From Bdellovibrionota bacterium (lineage in GTDB: Bacteria > Bdellovibrionota > UBA1018 > CAIPTA01 > JAALKR01), in assembly GCA_965207455.1 (NCBI GenBank), contig CBDBMJ010000001.1, positions 896,001 to 960,000 of the forward strand: 64,000 bases of DNA, given 5' to 3'. Position numbers and translations under genes: made by a program. Positions 42,844 to 52,938 of the stretch are shown here, one piece after another. Position 1 is the first letter of the stretch. Each line of letters opens with the position of its first letter. The notes beneath the pieces were generated by a model, which saw only the letters and a list, made by a program, of their open reading frames with translations, was not told where the DNA came from and made no database searches.

Positions 42844-43881
42844 TTACTCCAAATAACCCCTAGCCCTTTGATCCCTCTCTATAGCATCAAAAAGAGCTTG
42901 AAAATTTCCCTCTCCAAATCCCCAGTGACCCTTCCTTTGGATGATTTCATAAAAAATAGGCCCTATAACATTCTTTGTAAATATCTGTAACAGATAACCC
43001 TCATCATCTCCATCCGCTAGCACTTTGTGTTTATGCAATTCCTTTATGTTTTCCTCTAACTCAGGTACACGCTCCATAAGAGTATCGTAGTATGTATCGG
43101 GAACCTCTAAAAAGTTGACCTGATCTTTTTTCATCTCCATAACTGTGGAGCAAATATCTGATGTACTTAAAGCAATATGCTGGATACCTGATCCTTTATA
43201 TTCCTCCAAGTATTCCTGAATTTGAGATTTTTCATCTGTGGGCTCATTGATGGGAATAATAACACTACGATTGGGAAGCCCCATAGCTCTCGAAAGAAGA
43301 CCCGTTTTCGCTCCCTTAATGTCGAAATAACGAATCTCTTCAAAACCAAACACGTCTGCATAAAAATCACGCCAACGATCCAACTCTCCCTTAGGAACAT
43401 TATTAGTTAAATGGTCAATACGCAAAAGCCCCTTGGGACGGGCCTCCTTGTCCTCTACTTTTTCATACACAGCAGAGTCAAATATGGACTCCTCCCCATG
43501 CTGATCCACAAAATACAGTAAAGAACCTCCAACGCCATACACCGCTGGAATAGGATCCACAGAAAAACCCTGATCGGGCCCCTCATAGGGCTTTACCCCC
43601 ATTTTCACCGCATGGGCCTTGGCCTCCTCTCCATCATGCACCCTCCATGCCATGGATGGAATAGATGGGCCATGAAGCTGACTAAATTTTGCAGCGTGAG
43701 AATCTGGCTCCTCATTCAGCAAAAAATGAATGTCATGCTGCTTGTACAGGGTAATTTTTTTCCGACGATGAACTGCCACTCGACTCATTCCCATATGATG
43801 GAATAAAACATGAAAATGACTGGCATCTGGACCAGAATACTCTAAAAAATCCACTCCGTTAATGCCTAAATCTATACCCAT
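42844..43881 (-). CDS. hppD: 4-hydroxyphenylpyruvate dioxygenase
   Basis: IDHLTNN, GIQHIAL, LLQIFT, EIIQRKG, FGEGNFQALF motifs. Confidence 0.97.
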   Translation of the reverse strand: MGIDLGINGVDFLEYSGPDASHFHVLFHHMGMSRVAVHRRKKITLYKQHDIHFLLNEEPDSHAAKFSQLHGPSIPSMAWRVHDGEEAKAHAVKMGVKPYEGPDQGFSVDPIPAVYGVGGSLLYFVDQHGEESIFDSAVYEKVEDKEARPKGLLRIDHLTNNVPKGELDRWRDFYADVFGFEEIRYFDIKGAKTGLLSRAMGLPNRSVIIPINEPTDEKSQIQEYLEEYKGSGIQHIALSTSDICSTVMEMKKDQVNFLEVPDTYYDTLMERVPELEENIKELHKHKVLADGDDEGYLLQIFTKNVIGPIFYEIIQRKGHWGFGEGNFQALFDAIERDQRARGYLE

Positions 43882-44080
43882 AATTAGAATCTCCCTGTTA
43901 ATAAAATGAAACTATTTGCCAAATCATTCTAATCCAGAAAACTCCATAAGAATACTAAAAACAATTCATAAAACAACGCTATGCATTAATTCCGCTCTTC
44001 TATCAAAGGTCTTTTTTTCTACCCATTGCCCTCAAGGTTAAATACGTCTTTAGCATACCAGAACTTAAAAGTGCCACTGA

Positions 44081-44121
44081 CTTTGCATACCTTTGAGTTA
44101 TCTCTATATCCGTATGCCTAG
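44081..44121 (-). pseudogene. Possible tyrosine recombinase (integrase) C-terminal remnant
   Basis: Minus strand CTAGG-CAT ACG GAT ATA GAG ATA ACT CAA AGG TAT GCA AAG reads LG/HTDIEITQRYAK with a 1-nt loss, matching the LGH-x2-I-x2-T-x2-Y box. Confidence 0.5.
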
Positions 44122-44502
44122 GGGCAGTTTATAATAGGGCGCGAACACTATGCACCGCCAGAAACACACGTTAGCAGGAACTAAGCTGAAGAAAGATCAC
44201 ATTTGCATCTTCTTGTACCATATAAAAAAATTATTTGAATACTTACTCTCTTCTTGAACATTTAATATTTTCTCAAAAAACCAATTAACCTCAAGATCAA
44301 AATACATGCTTTCAGGTTATTATTGAAAAGAAGAAGCTTTTCTAATTCTCTATATTCTATCTAATTTTATTACTTTATTTTTTTTTAAATAATTTTAAAT
44401 TGTTCCGCGAAAGTGTGTAACACTAAAGAAGTGTGTGAACTTTTGTTGAAGAGTGTTCAATAAAAGTTCTTGAATTTAAAAAACTAATGAAGGGAATTTG
44501 AT

Positions 44503-46482
44503 ATGAATCCATGTATATCTAAAGCTACGTCTAAATTAAAACGAAATATATATATTGTACTGTCCGTGATGATCGGACTAAGTGCTTGTGCTAAAAAATC
44601 TACTGAAACCATAGATGATATAGTAACAGTAACACCACCAGTACCACCAGCTGTGGCATCACCAATTTTAGCCTTATCGCAGGACGTATCCAGTCCTTCT
44701 AATGAAGCTATTCCTGTTTTTACTGCTACAGGTTTAGAGGTTGGAGGTAACCTCCAGTTATATTCCAGTGAAGATTGTTCTGGATCACCACAGGAAGAGG
44801 GTATAGCAAGTGCTGAAATGGATATAACCCTATCTTCAGCTTTGAGCGATGAGGGCAATCATTCCTTTTCTGCCAAACAAACAAATGAAGCAGGGGAATC
44901 ATCCGATTGCTCCAATAGTGTGAGTTATACATTGGATACAGTAGCACCTGGTACACTTAATTTCTTAGAAGCTCTACAGCCTATTTCTTCTACAAACCCT
45001 CGCCCTACTTTTGAAATAGTAGGTCTGGAAGAAAATACTACAATTCAATTGTATTCTGATGCAGCTTGCTCCGCTGAAATAGCAATAAGCGACAATGGTA
45101 TAAATGTAAGCCTTAGTGAAGATTTAGTCGATGATGGAGACTATTCCTTTCATTTAACACAAACAGACCAAGCAGGAAACTCATCCGATTGTTCCAGTGG
45201 TTTGAGCTATACATTGGATAGAGTTTCTGAAACTCTTGTTTTAGCCTTATCATCAGATACACCTAGTGCTTCTGGTAATCCTGCTCCCATTTTTACTTCT
45301 GCAAATTTAGAGAATGAAGCTAAAATTACTTTTTACTCTGATGCAGATTGCTCTACTTCTTTAAATAATAATGTGCCGCCTGCAATAGCGAACAACCAAG
45401 CTGTAACTCTATATCCAGCTTTCAGTTCAAATCAAACGAGCACTATTTATGCAAAACAAACAGATAAAACAGGAAATGAATCTCCAACTTGTTCCAATGG
45501 CATATCCTATGAATTTAGTAATGATGCTTTTGAATCTGTTTGGCGTGTTGGAGCGGAAGAATATGGCGATGGAGGCCTTACTGTTACCCTTCCTCTAGTG
45601 GAAGATGATGGAGCTGAAGTTGCTAATGACTATAGTTACAACTTTACCGTTGATTGGGGGGATGGATCAGACACTCAAGCAGTAACTGCTTATAGTGCTG
45701 ACATTACTCATACCTATGGAAGTGCCGGAGATTATACAATTAAAATAACAGGATCAAGCTTGGAAGCTTGGAAATTTGGAACACATACAGATAAAAATAA
45801 AATCATTGAGGTAAAAAACTTTGGAAACCTGGACTGGAAAAATCTTGATTTTGCTTTTGCTGGCTGTTCAAAACTCAGCAAATTCACTGTTGGTAATGCA
45901 GATACTGATAGCGTGACCAGCACGAACCTTATGTTTTTTGGCGCTGCAGGTTTAACTTCAATTGACCTATTTGGCTTTAATACTTCTAGCGTAATAAACA
46001 TGAAATTTATGTTTCTTGGTTTACCATTGTCTTCCATTGATTTATCTAGTTGGGATACTTCTAACGTAACAGACATGGGAAGCATGTTTGGTGGCTCAAA
46101 ATTAACTTCAATTGATTTATCTAATTGGAATACTTCTAACGTAACAAACATGGGAGGTATGTTTGCTGATTCAAAATTAACTTCAATCGACTTATCTAGT
46201 TGGGATACTACTGGATTAGAAAATGCGAGCTCTATGTTTGTTAATAATGAGCAACTAACCACAGTTAACTTATCCGGCTGGGAGACCGACAGTCTTACAA
46301 CTGCAAAGAATATGTTTAAAAATGTTATAAGGTTAGACACACTTGATGTAAGTTCATGGGGAGACATAGCTGGCGATCTTGCAAATGAAAGTCTATTTGA
46401 AGCTACTAATCAGCCGTTCACCTTAGTTTGTACTAATATCGATGGTACTTTCTTTGAAAAAAGTTGTAACGCAACTCCGTAA
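44503..46482 (+). CDS. Surface lipoprotein with Ig-like repeats, PKD-like domain and BspA/DUF285-type repeats
   Basis: LSAC lipobox; three Cys-paired repeats (LYS..C...QTD.AGNSSDCS); VDWGDG; C-terminal xIDLSxWDTSNVTxMxxMF repeats. Confidence 0.88.
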   Translation: MNPCISKATSKLKRNIYIVLSVMIGLSACAKKSTETIDDIVTVTPPVPPAVASPILALSQDVSSPSNEAIPVFTATGLEVGGNLQLYSSEDCSGSPQEEGIASAEMDITLSSALSDEGNHSFSAKQTNEAGESSDCSNSVSYTLDTVAPGTLNFLEALQPISSTNPRPTFEIVGLEENTTIQLYSDAACSAEIAISDNGINVSLSEDLVDDGDYSFHLTQTDQAGNSSDCSSGLSYTLDRVSETLVLALSSDTPSASGNPAPIFTSANLENEAKITFYSDADCSTSLNNNVPPAIANNQAVTLYPAFSSNQTSTIYAKQTDKTGNESPTCSNGISYEFSNDAFESVWRVGAEEYGDGGLTVTLPLVEDDGAEVANDYSYNFTVDWGDGSDTQAVTAYSADITHTYGSAGDYTIKITGSSLEAWKFGTHTDKNKIIEVKNFGNLDWKNLDFAFAGCSKLSKFTVGNADTDSVTSTNLMFFGAAGLTSIDLFGFNTSSVINMKFMFLGLPLSSIDLSSWDTSNVTDMGSMFGGSKLTSIDLSNWNTSNVTNMGGMFADSKLTSIDLSSWDTTGLENASSMFVNNEQLTTVNLSGWETDSLTTAKNMFKNVIRLDTLDVSSWGDIAGDLANESLFEATNQPFTLVCTNIDGTFFEKSCNATP

Positions 46483-46520
46483 GAATTTCTATACGCTATT
46501 TTTTCTATCCTCTCAATACG

Positions 46521-46555
46521 GATCACACAAGCACCTTAAATGTGCTTGTGTGATC
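46521..46555. other. Perfect 14-bp stem-loop downstream of the BspA-like gene
   Basis: GATCACACAAGCAC-cttaaat-GTGCTTGTGTGATC; no clear U-tail. Confidence 0.7.
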
Positions 46556-46641
46556 AATGGCAAGAGGGGAACCCGGCAAAACTGGATATCCTCTTTCCTT
46601 ACCGCCTATCCTAACGAAGATAAACAAGGTGAAATAAAAAC

Positions 46642-46668
46642 TAAAATCTAAGCTCAGTGTTCCGATAG
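46642..46668 (+). promoter_or_regulatory. Candidate sigma28 (FliA) promoter
   Basis: TAAA-15 nt-TCCGATAG against consensus TAAA-N15-GCCGATAA, 30 nt upstream of ATG 46699. Confidence 0.55.
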
Positions 46669-46698
46669 GCATATTAAATAAATAATGTTGAGGAATGC

Positions 46699-46917
46699 AT
46701 GAAAAGTAAAAAAACTAAAAATAAAATACCGAAAAGAATTTCCGATGAACTGGCATTATCGAAAGTTTTTATAACCGTAATTGAAACACAATTAAAAACA
46801 TACGGCAACAATCAAAAGGTAGCACTTGAAAGTAACTTAAAAAAAGTAAATAAAATACTTGCTCTAACTTTTTATGAACAAGAGTTCCATAAAAAGAAAA
46901 AACTCAAGAGAGGCTAA
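46699..46917 (+). CDS. Small basic hypothetical protein
   Basis: GAGGA RBS before the ATG and a candidate promoter upstream; no homology recognised. Confidence 0.55.
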   Translation: MKSKKTKNKIPKRISDELALSKVFITVIETQLKTYGNNQKVALESNLKKVNKILALTFYEQEFHKKKKLKRG

Positions 46918-48154
46918 CAGGTCTTTTGAGATGAGTAGTACCTAAAATCCCCCAGAGAGCATACCATATCCAAACACTTATGCTGTATGGATTGTGAGCA
47001 TAGTGACTTCCAATCAATAAAAATAACATAAGAGAAATAAATGCAATATTGGATACGATAATCTCACTGGACCTACGAATAAAATACAATTGGCGCATTA
47101 GACTCACAAAAAAAGCACTATACAAAAATAAACCAATTATTCCTAGCTCAGAGAGAACATTGAGCCAAACCCCTCTATATAGTTTTCCATTGCCAATACC
47201 AACCCCTAAATAATTAGTTGCCATAAGACTTTGATGTACAGATTCTAGGCTCTTCAGTACTGGCTCTACCTCCTTACTCACCACACTCTTAGATCTATCT
47301 AGCTTGCCCTGAATATACCCTTTAGCCGGATGACTCGTGGGAATCTTTGAATATAAAAAAAGAAAGTTCAGAAAAAATAAACATAGGAGAGATAAATATC
47401 CCAAGGAACGGATAAACCGCAAGCGCTTATAAATTCCAAGGGCAAGCAAACCTAGGACTGCCAACGCCATGCCGAAGAGAAAAAGATAATTTTTCAATAG
47501 AAATAAAGTACCAATCATGCACATTATAGCTAAAGCTAGGAGCCATTTGGGTAAAAGTTGCCGCTTGGGGTTTAAAAAATCCCAAAGAAAAAAAGGAAAT
47601 CCCATCAAAAAATAAAGGCTCACTCCATCTAATGATCTGGATAAAGGACTCCAACCCCAGCCTGGCAATAAATAAAAAATAAAATAACTAATGGATAAAA
47701 GAATTACAGAAATACAGTAGGTGGAAAATAAAACCTTTAATCGTACTGGAACAAGACGAACACCCCGAATACTATATTCACAAAAAATTAGTCGAGCAGA
47801 AAAAGCCACAACCAGCAGACTAAACCAACCACCACAAGCATAGAGCACAGAAAGCTGAGGATTCTCTGTAAACGGTGCAAAGAGATTTACCCAAAGAAAG
47901 TATAGGAGCAAGTATTTCCAAGGGCTAGATGTGGCAATATCATGAAAATGCCCCAAGGCTACCCGTAACCCAAACTCCCGATTCTCTGCCCAGCAACAAG
48001 CCCCTCCAGCCAAGAAAAACAAGAGATAGGATAATCGAATATTTATATTTTTTATTTCCCAGAGATAGAAATAATCAAATACTACGAGAGCAAAACCCAA
48101 ACTCCAAAAAAGAGCTGCCATATATCGTAATTTTACAGTCAGCTTAGATGCCAT
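46904..48154 (-). CDS. Multi-pass membrane protein, O-antigen ligase/polymerase-like
   Basis: Many TM segments; periplasmic loop with YLGVGIGN and LSELGIIGL typical of Wzy_C/WaaL-like proteins. Confidence 0.7.
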   Translation of the reverse strand: MASKLTVKLRYMAALFWSLGFALVVFDYFYLWEIKNINIRLSYLLFFLAGGACCWAENREFGLRVALGHFHDIATSSPWKYLLLYFLWVNLFAPFTENPQLSVLYACGGWFSLLVVAFSARLIFCEYSIRGVRLVPVRLKVLFSTYCISVILLSISYFIFYLLPGWGWSPLSRSLDGVSLYFLMGFPFFLWDFLNPKRQLLPKWLLALAIMCMIGTLFLLKNYLFLFGMALAVLGLLALGIYKRLRFIRSLGYLSLLCLFFLNFLFLYSKIPTSHPAKGYIQGKLDRSKSVVSKEVEPVLKSLESVHQSLMATNYLGVGIGNGKLYRGVWLNVLSELGIIGLFLYSAFFVSLMRQLYFIRRSSEIIVSNIAFISLMLFLLIGSHYAHNPYSISVWIWYALWGILGTTHLKRPVSLS

Positions 48155-48171
48155 AAATACGTACTATTATT

Positions 48172-48801
48172 TTAGTCCTTGGGATTAATAATAGAAATAG
48201 CTTTCCAAAGATTTAAAATATTCACATGGCGTACTTCATTGGCCTCTAATTCAGCTTCCTTCAATAAAGCATCTGCATCCCAACCATAATAGCGCCACCA
48301 ACCCAAGTGATTCACTAACGGTCCTATTGCTTTTTCCCATACCTTTAGAAGAATATTGTTACTAGTAAAATAATTTACTAAAACCAGTTTTCCACCTGGG
48401 CGACACACACGCTTCATTTCCTTGAGGGCATCAAGAGGCTTGTCTGTAACACTAATAAACATGTTGCCCCAAACTCCGTCGAAAGAATTATCCGGAAAAT
48501 CCAATTTGCCTGCATCCATTTGACGAAGACTAATATTTTTTATGCTGTTTTCATCCACTATGACCTGAGCCCTTGCTAACATACGCTCGGAAACGTCCAC
48601 TCCCACCATGGAACAATACGGCGGATACATAAGCAACGTACTGCCTGTACCCACTCCAAGCTCCAATACCTTACTTCCCTCTTTTAATTCTAAAAACTCC
48701 ATGGCCACTCTCCGACCCTCGTCAAACCGATGACCAAATATATAATCATAAATGGGCGCAAAGAGATTATATCCTTCTTCTGGTGTTCTGTGTTTTTGCA
48801 T
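48172..48801 (-). CDS. Class I SAM methyltransferase, PmtA-like (phospholipid N-methyltransferase)
   Basis: APIYDYIFG...GRRVA, VLELGVGTG, EMKRVCRPGG, VNYF resemble Rhodobacter-type PmtA; substrate not certain. Confidence 0.75.
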   Translation of the reverse strand: MQKHRTPEEGYNLFAPIYDYIFGHRFDEGRRVAMEFLELKEGSKVLELGVGTGSTLLMYPPYCSMVGVDVSERMLARAQVIVDENSIKNISLRQMDAGKLDFPDNSFDGVWGNMFISVTDKPLDALKEMKRVCRPGGKLVLVNYFTSNNILLKVWEKAIGPLVNHLGWWRYYGWDADALLKEAELEANEVRHVNILNLWKAISIINPKD

Positions 48802-48874
48802 GAGAAAACTCCTTTCCCTTCCTTACCCATCTAATGGGAAAAAATCAACTTCTTAAACATAAGAAAATAATGCT

Positions 48875-50725
48875 ATGCATAATTCTCCACTTCCCTCCAC
48901 TAAAAACCACTTTTGCATAGTATTGCCTTTTCAGTTACTATTTTCCCCAATGAACAATCACCGGTGGCTACCAATATTGATCCTACAGATTTGCCTCCTC
49001 TTCCCATCCACACTCTGGGGAAAAAATAACTGCGACGTTCTCACCCAATCGGGAAACTCCACCCTATACCAATGTGAAAAACTAACCGTCGCCCTTCTCA
49101 AAGGAAATGCTTCCGAAAGGTACGAATCCCTAGGAAATTTTTATCGCTCTAAACATATTAACCCAACCGTAATCCACTATTTTTCTAACTATTTGGAAAG
49201 ATTAGGGAAAAAACACTCCAGCCTTGCTGCTTGGCTTATGGGAAAAATCCACAATATGATTGCCCGTATTTTCCAATGGAATACACCCAAAGATTGGATG
49301 GAAATTCCCGTGACTGGACTTTCCAAAACATACGGACTCAATACGATGGCATTGCGGCGCGCAATTCTCCTCCCCGACCTACTCATATTCCTCAATACAT
49401 TTTTAAATAAATCCAGCATAGGAAGAATACTTCCCACACTGGGGTGTACGAGCATAGTCCATCACGACAAAAAAAATCTTTTCTATGGACGTAACCTGGA
49501 TTTTACCGGCGTGGGTACATGGGATCAACATCCCATGCTAACCATACACCTTTCCGACCAAAAAACTCTCTCCTACGCATCCTTTGGCGCCCATGGCATG
49601 CCCTACGGAGGTATTACGGGAATAAACGAAGCAGGAGTTTTTATAGACCTACACCAAAGCTATGGAGACGAATATTCCATAGGACTGCCCGTTCTTCTCA
49701 TTGGTGACCAGCTTTTACAAAAAGCAAAAAACACGGAAGAGGCCATCGCTTTTTTAAAGAAATACCGACCGGGATCTATGTGGACTTTCGTAGTGGGATC
49801 ATTAAAAGAAAATACCACATATGCAGTAGAAACATCCAAAAGCCACTTCTACGTACGCAAAGAAACGGGCCCCTCCTTTGTGCAAACCAATCACCTAGCT
49901 GGACCCAAACTACAACAACACCAATGGATGGATCCCGCAGGCCTCCATAACTCAAAATCTCGCTATACATACGTCCTAAACCAGCTAGAAAAAAATAAAT
50001 CTAACTTCAATATAAGAAAACTTATTGAACTTCTGAGCTACCAGTCCAACCCCACAGGAGAAATGTCTCAATTAAACGATATTGTAAAACCCAACACTAT
50101 CCAAACCATACTCCTCCACCAATCACCCAATAAAGATACAAATATTTACCTAAGCATGGACCCAGCTCCAACATCCAGCGGACGATTTCTAAAACTATCC
50201 TTCTCTGACATATTTCAACAAGCACGGTCCCCTAATTTTAAAGGCTTCTCCTACACCGTAATTTCTCAAAAATCACCTCGCACACTAGCTCAACGAAAAA
50301 ATCAAAAAGACTCCTCTCTAGCTCAAGAAATTTATACAGACGATAAAGAGTATATAAAAGCAGCTACCACCATAAACCAACAATCCACACCCAGTGCCCA
50401 ACTCTTCAAAGCTGTTGCCCATTATAAGGGAAAAAAATATGAAAAAAGTTTAGAAATTTCACAAGCAGCTATTGCATCGAAACAAAAAATCCCACCCTTT
50501 ATTTATGATGGACTGATGAGAGTAAATATCCTAAGCCTAGTAAATTTAAAAAATACGGAAGCAGCAAAAAATCTCGCTGTTCAACTCAGTAAAGAAAAAA
50601 TTAAAAATTATGAACTAAAGGAAATAATCCAAGATATTATAAATGGAGAAGAACCATCACACCAATACCTACGGTTCTCATTCTCCACCGGCACCATCAA
50701 ATCTAAAGCTCAAAACGCTTGGTGA
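48875..50725 (+). CDS. Secreted Ntn-hydrolase (peptidase C45 / acid-ceramidase-like amidase) with helical C-terminus
   Basis: Internal autoprocessing site G-CTSIV, GRNLDF, GINEAG, QTNH and SxxRY motifs; signal peptide from the internal ATG (MNNHRWLP). Confidence 0.85.
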   Translation: MHNSPLPSTKNHFCIVLPFQLLFSPMNNHRWLPILILQICLLFPSTLWGKNNCDVLTQSGNSTLYQCEKLTVALLKGNASERYESLGNFYRSKHINPTVIHYFSNYLERLGKKHSSLAAWLMGKIHNMIARIFQWNTPKDWMEIPVTGLSKTYGLNTMALRRAILLPDLLIFLNTFLNKSSIGRILPTLGCTSIVHHDKKNLFYGRNLDFTGVGTWDQHPMLTIHLSDQKTLSYASFGAHGMPYGGITGINEAGVFIDLHQSYGDEYSIGLPVLLIGDQLLQKAKNTEEAIAFLKKYRPGSMWTFVVGSLKENTTYAVETSKSHFYVRKETGPSFVQTNHLAGPKLQQHQWMDPAGLHNSKSRYTYVLNQLEKNKSNFNIRKLIELLSYQSNPTGEMSQLNDIVKPNTIQTILLHQSPNKDTNIYLSMDPAPTSSGRFLKLSFSDIFQQARSPNFKGFSYTVISQKSPRTLAQRKNQKDSSLAQEIYTDDKEYIKAATTINQQSTPSAQLFKAVAHYKGKKYEKSLEISQAAIASKQKIPPFIYDGLMRVNILSLVNLKNTEAAKNLAVQLSKEKIKNYELKEIIQDIINGEEPSHQYLRFSFSTGTIKSKAQNAW

Positions 50726-50732
50726 AAAAAAA

Positions 50733-51095
50733 ATGAAAAAAACCATCACTATCAATAATACCCAAAACAAAATAAGCCACACAACCATTGAAATAGAACA
50801 ATGGTCTCCTAAAATGCGCCTCCTATCTTCCGCAAAACTCCTAGGCATTCTATGGGCAATAGCACTAGCTAGTGTATTTTTACCCTTAGCCCACTTCCTC
50901 CTAGTACCCACATTTTTGATCGCTGGTCCAATCGCTGCTTGGAAAAAATACCAACAACATTCCCACATCCTACCCGTAGAATTCACTTGCCCCATTTGCA
51001 ACCATGGATTAGCACTCAAACATCGCGCAGCAAAATGGCCCATAGAAATCACCTGCCCTAAATGCTTAAATAATTTAAACCTAAATCCCTCATGA
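50733..51095 (+). CDS. Small membrane protein with C-terminal zinc ribbon
   Basis: Two TM segments followed by CPIC...CPKC. Confidence 0.75.
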   Translation: MKKTITINNTQNKISHTTIEIEQWSPKMRLLSSAKLLGILWAIALASVFLPLAHFLLVPTFLIAGPIAAWKKYQQHSHILPVEFTCPICNHGLALKHRAAKWPIEITCPKCLNNLNLNPS

Positions 51096-51565
51096 AGATT
51101 CTCCTATTGACCATAGGGAAAACAAAGGCTCGCTTTTTTTATGACGCTATAGAACAGTATTGTGAAAGCATCCATAGAATGAATCCACTGGAATATGTGG
51201 AACTAAAAGATCAAAGGAATGACCCTAAAAAAGAAATGCTGGCATTTGTACAAGCACTGAAAAAACGCAACCTACTCATGGGAAAACACAAGATTTTCTT
51301 ACTGGATGTGCTGGGCAAAGAGCACAACTCCGAAAGCTTTGCCGAATTATTGGAAAAATGCCGGGAATCATCCTATCGCTCTGTTACTTTTATTGTGGGC
51401 GGTGCTTTTGGCCTACACCCCAATATTTCAAAAACTATTCCAGAAGCAGCAAAGCTCTCCCTTTCTCCTCTCACATTTCCCCATGAACTCGCCCGGGTAG
51501 TATTATTGGAACAAATCTACCGCGCACTTCACATTCAAGCAAAAACCCCCTATCATCATAAATAA
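51092..51565 (+). CDS. rlmH: 23S rRNA pseudouridine1915 N3-methyltransferase
   Basis: FIVGGAFG, SLSPLTFPHELARVVLLEQIYRA and PYH motifs. Confidence 0.95.
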   Translation: MKILLLTIGKTKARFFYDAIEQYCESIHRMNPLEYVELKDQRNDPKKEMLAFVQALKKRNLLMGKHKIFLLDVLGKEHNSESFAELLEKCRESSYRSVTFIVGGAFGLHPNISKTIPEAAKLSLSPLTFPHELARVVLLEQIYRALHIQAKTPYHHK

Positions 51566-52894
51566 ATGGAAAATATAAAAATTCTTATCACCATTGGCCT
51601 GTATTTATTCTTCCTCTCTACCCCCTCTGAGGCAAGAAAACTAAGAACCCGTACCACCAGCAAGCTGGAAATGTCTAACCTATACTACCCCCATAAAATC
51701 CCAACAACAGAAACCTCCTCCCTACTCATTCACGGAGAACTCAATACAACACTAAGATGGAGACCCTTAAAAGCAATCATTCAACCTGTGGGAGAATATG
51801 AATACCGCAACAATGGAAAAAAATATTTCTTCTACGATATCCCAAATGGATATATAGAATGGAAAGCCATTCCTTTTGTTCTAAAAGCGGGAAATCAAAT
51901 TTATAATTGGGGCGTTGCTGATGGCATTAACCCGGTTGACGTGCTAAATCCTAAATATTTAAGAAACCCATTGCACGCAAAAAAACTAGGCACTCCCTCA
52001 GCTAGCCTAAAGTGGAGTAAAAAAAATACAAGCGTGGAAATGGTATATATTCCTCGACAAAGAAAAGGAACTTTGCCAGATAAGGATAGCCGTTGGCTTC
52101 CAAGAGGAGATATACTCAAAGACCCTGTCAAAGACCCTGAATATAGAGGTATTGAAATTAAACTCCCTGAAGAAATATTTTACCACTATGAAACAGCAAG
52201 TGAAATCGATAACTCTTTAGACCATAACTATGCACTCCGCTTTCAAACCTTCCTAGGAGATATAGACTTTTCTTTTATCTATTTTGAAGGTGCTCCCAGC
52301 CTACCGTTTGCCCTTTTTGAAGTAACATCATCAGGGCATTTTGATAATGACTCCATAGAAATAGAAATAGATAAAGATATTACCATTATACCCACATTTT
52401 TTAAAAAGCGAATCTATGGCGCTACCCTTGTATTCACTATAGATAAACTGATTGTCCGCTATGAAGGAGCCTTTAACCAACAGATCTCTCAAGATTCAAT
52501 TTTGCCAGGCCACTTTCATGAACATATACTAGCCCTAGAATACCCTCTATCCATTGGAGATAAAGATATAAGACTGCTGGCACAAGCAACTTATTTAAAC
52601 TATACATCAAAAAAAGAAGGCAACTCATCCACCTCCCTAAATAGGGTTTTTGATCAAGCATTATTGATGGGAGCTTATTCTAGTTTAAGTGAAAATATGT
52701 CTATATTGGCTACTGCCATGTGGGATATAAAACACAAAGGATTTATATATAATCTTAATATAGACTACAAACTCTTGCATTCACTAAATACCACCCTATC
52801 AGGAACCTTTCTAGATGATACGTCCACAGATACACCCATAGGAGCTAACAAAAAAAATGCCTTCTATACTTTTAACCTAAAATGGCATTTCTAA
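51566..52894 (+). CDS. Putative outer-membrane beta-barrel (DUF1302-like)
   Basis: Signal peptide, G-x-Q-x3-WG-x-ADG-x-NPVDVLNP motif, amphipathic strands and terminal Phe (FNLKWHF). Confidence 0.75.
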   Translation: MENIKILITIGLYLFFLSTPSEARKLRTRTTSKLEMSNLYYPHKIPTTETSSLLIHGELNTTLRWRPLKAIIQPVGEYEYRNNGKKYFFYDIPNGYIEWKAIPFVLKAGNQIYNWGVADGINPVDVLNPKYLRNPLHAKKLGTPSASLKWSKKNTSVEMVYIPRQRKGTLPDKDSRWLPRGDILKDPVKDPEYRGIEIKLPEEIFYHYETASEIDNSLDHNYALRFQTFLGDIDFSFIYFEGAPSLPFALFEVTSSGHFDNDSIEIEIDKDITIIPTFFKKRIYGATLVFTIDKLIVRYEGAFNQQISQDSILPGHFHEHILALEYPLSIGDKDIRLLAQATYLNYTSKKEGNSSTSLNRVFDQALLMGAYSSLSENMSILATAMWDIKHKGFIYNLNIDYKLLHSLNTTLSGTFLDDTSTDTPIGANKKNAFYTFNLKWHF

Positions 52895-52904
52895 AAACCT
52901 ACTT

Positions 52905-52936
52905 GACTACCAGCAGCCAAGACTACCAGCAGCCGA
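52905..52936. repeat. 16-bp tandem duplication between convergent genes
   Basis: gactaccagcagccaa followed by gactaccagcagccga. Confidence 0.8.
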
Positions 52937-52938
52937 AC

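Noticed and set aside
45732..46367. 211-aa repetitive minus-strand ORF
   Set aside because: It is the antisense reading of the BspA/DUF285 repeats.
46556..46600. Possible riboswitch (gggaacccggcaaaactgg) after the BspA-like gene
   Set aside because: Only a partial hairpin; the conserved cores of cobalamin or c-di-GMP riboswitches could not be matched by eye. An Rfam scan would settle it.
51092..51566. rlmH 3' end as an integration site (as for staphylococcal SCC elements)
   Set aside because: The next gene starts immediately after the stop codon, with no att-like repeat or recombinase nearby.
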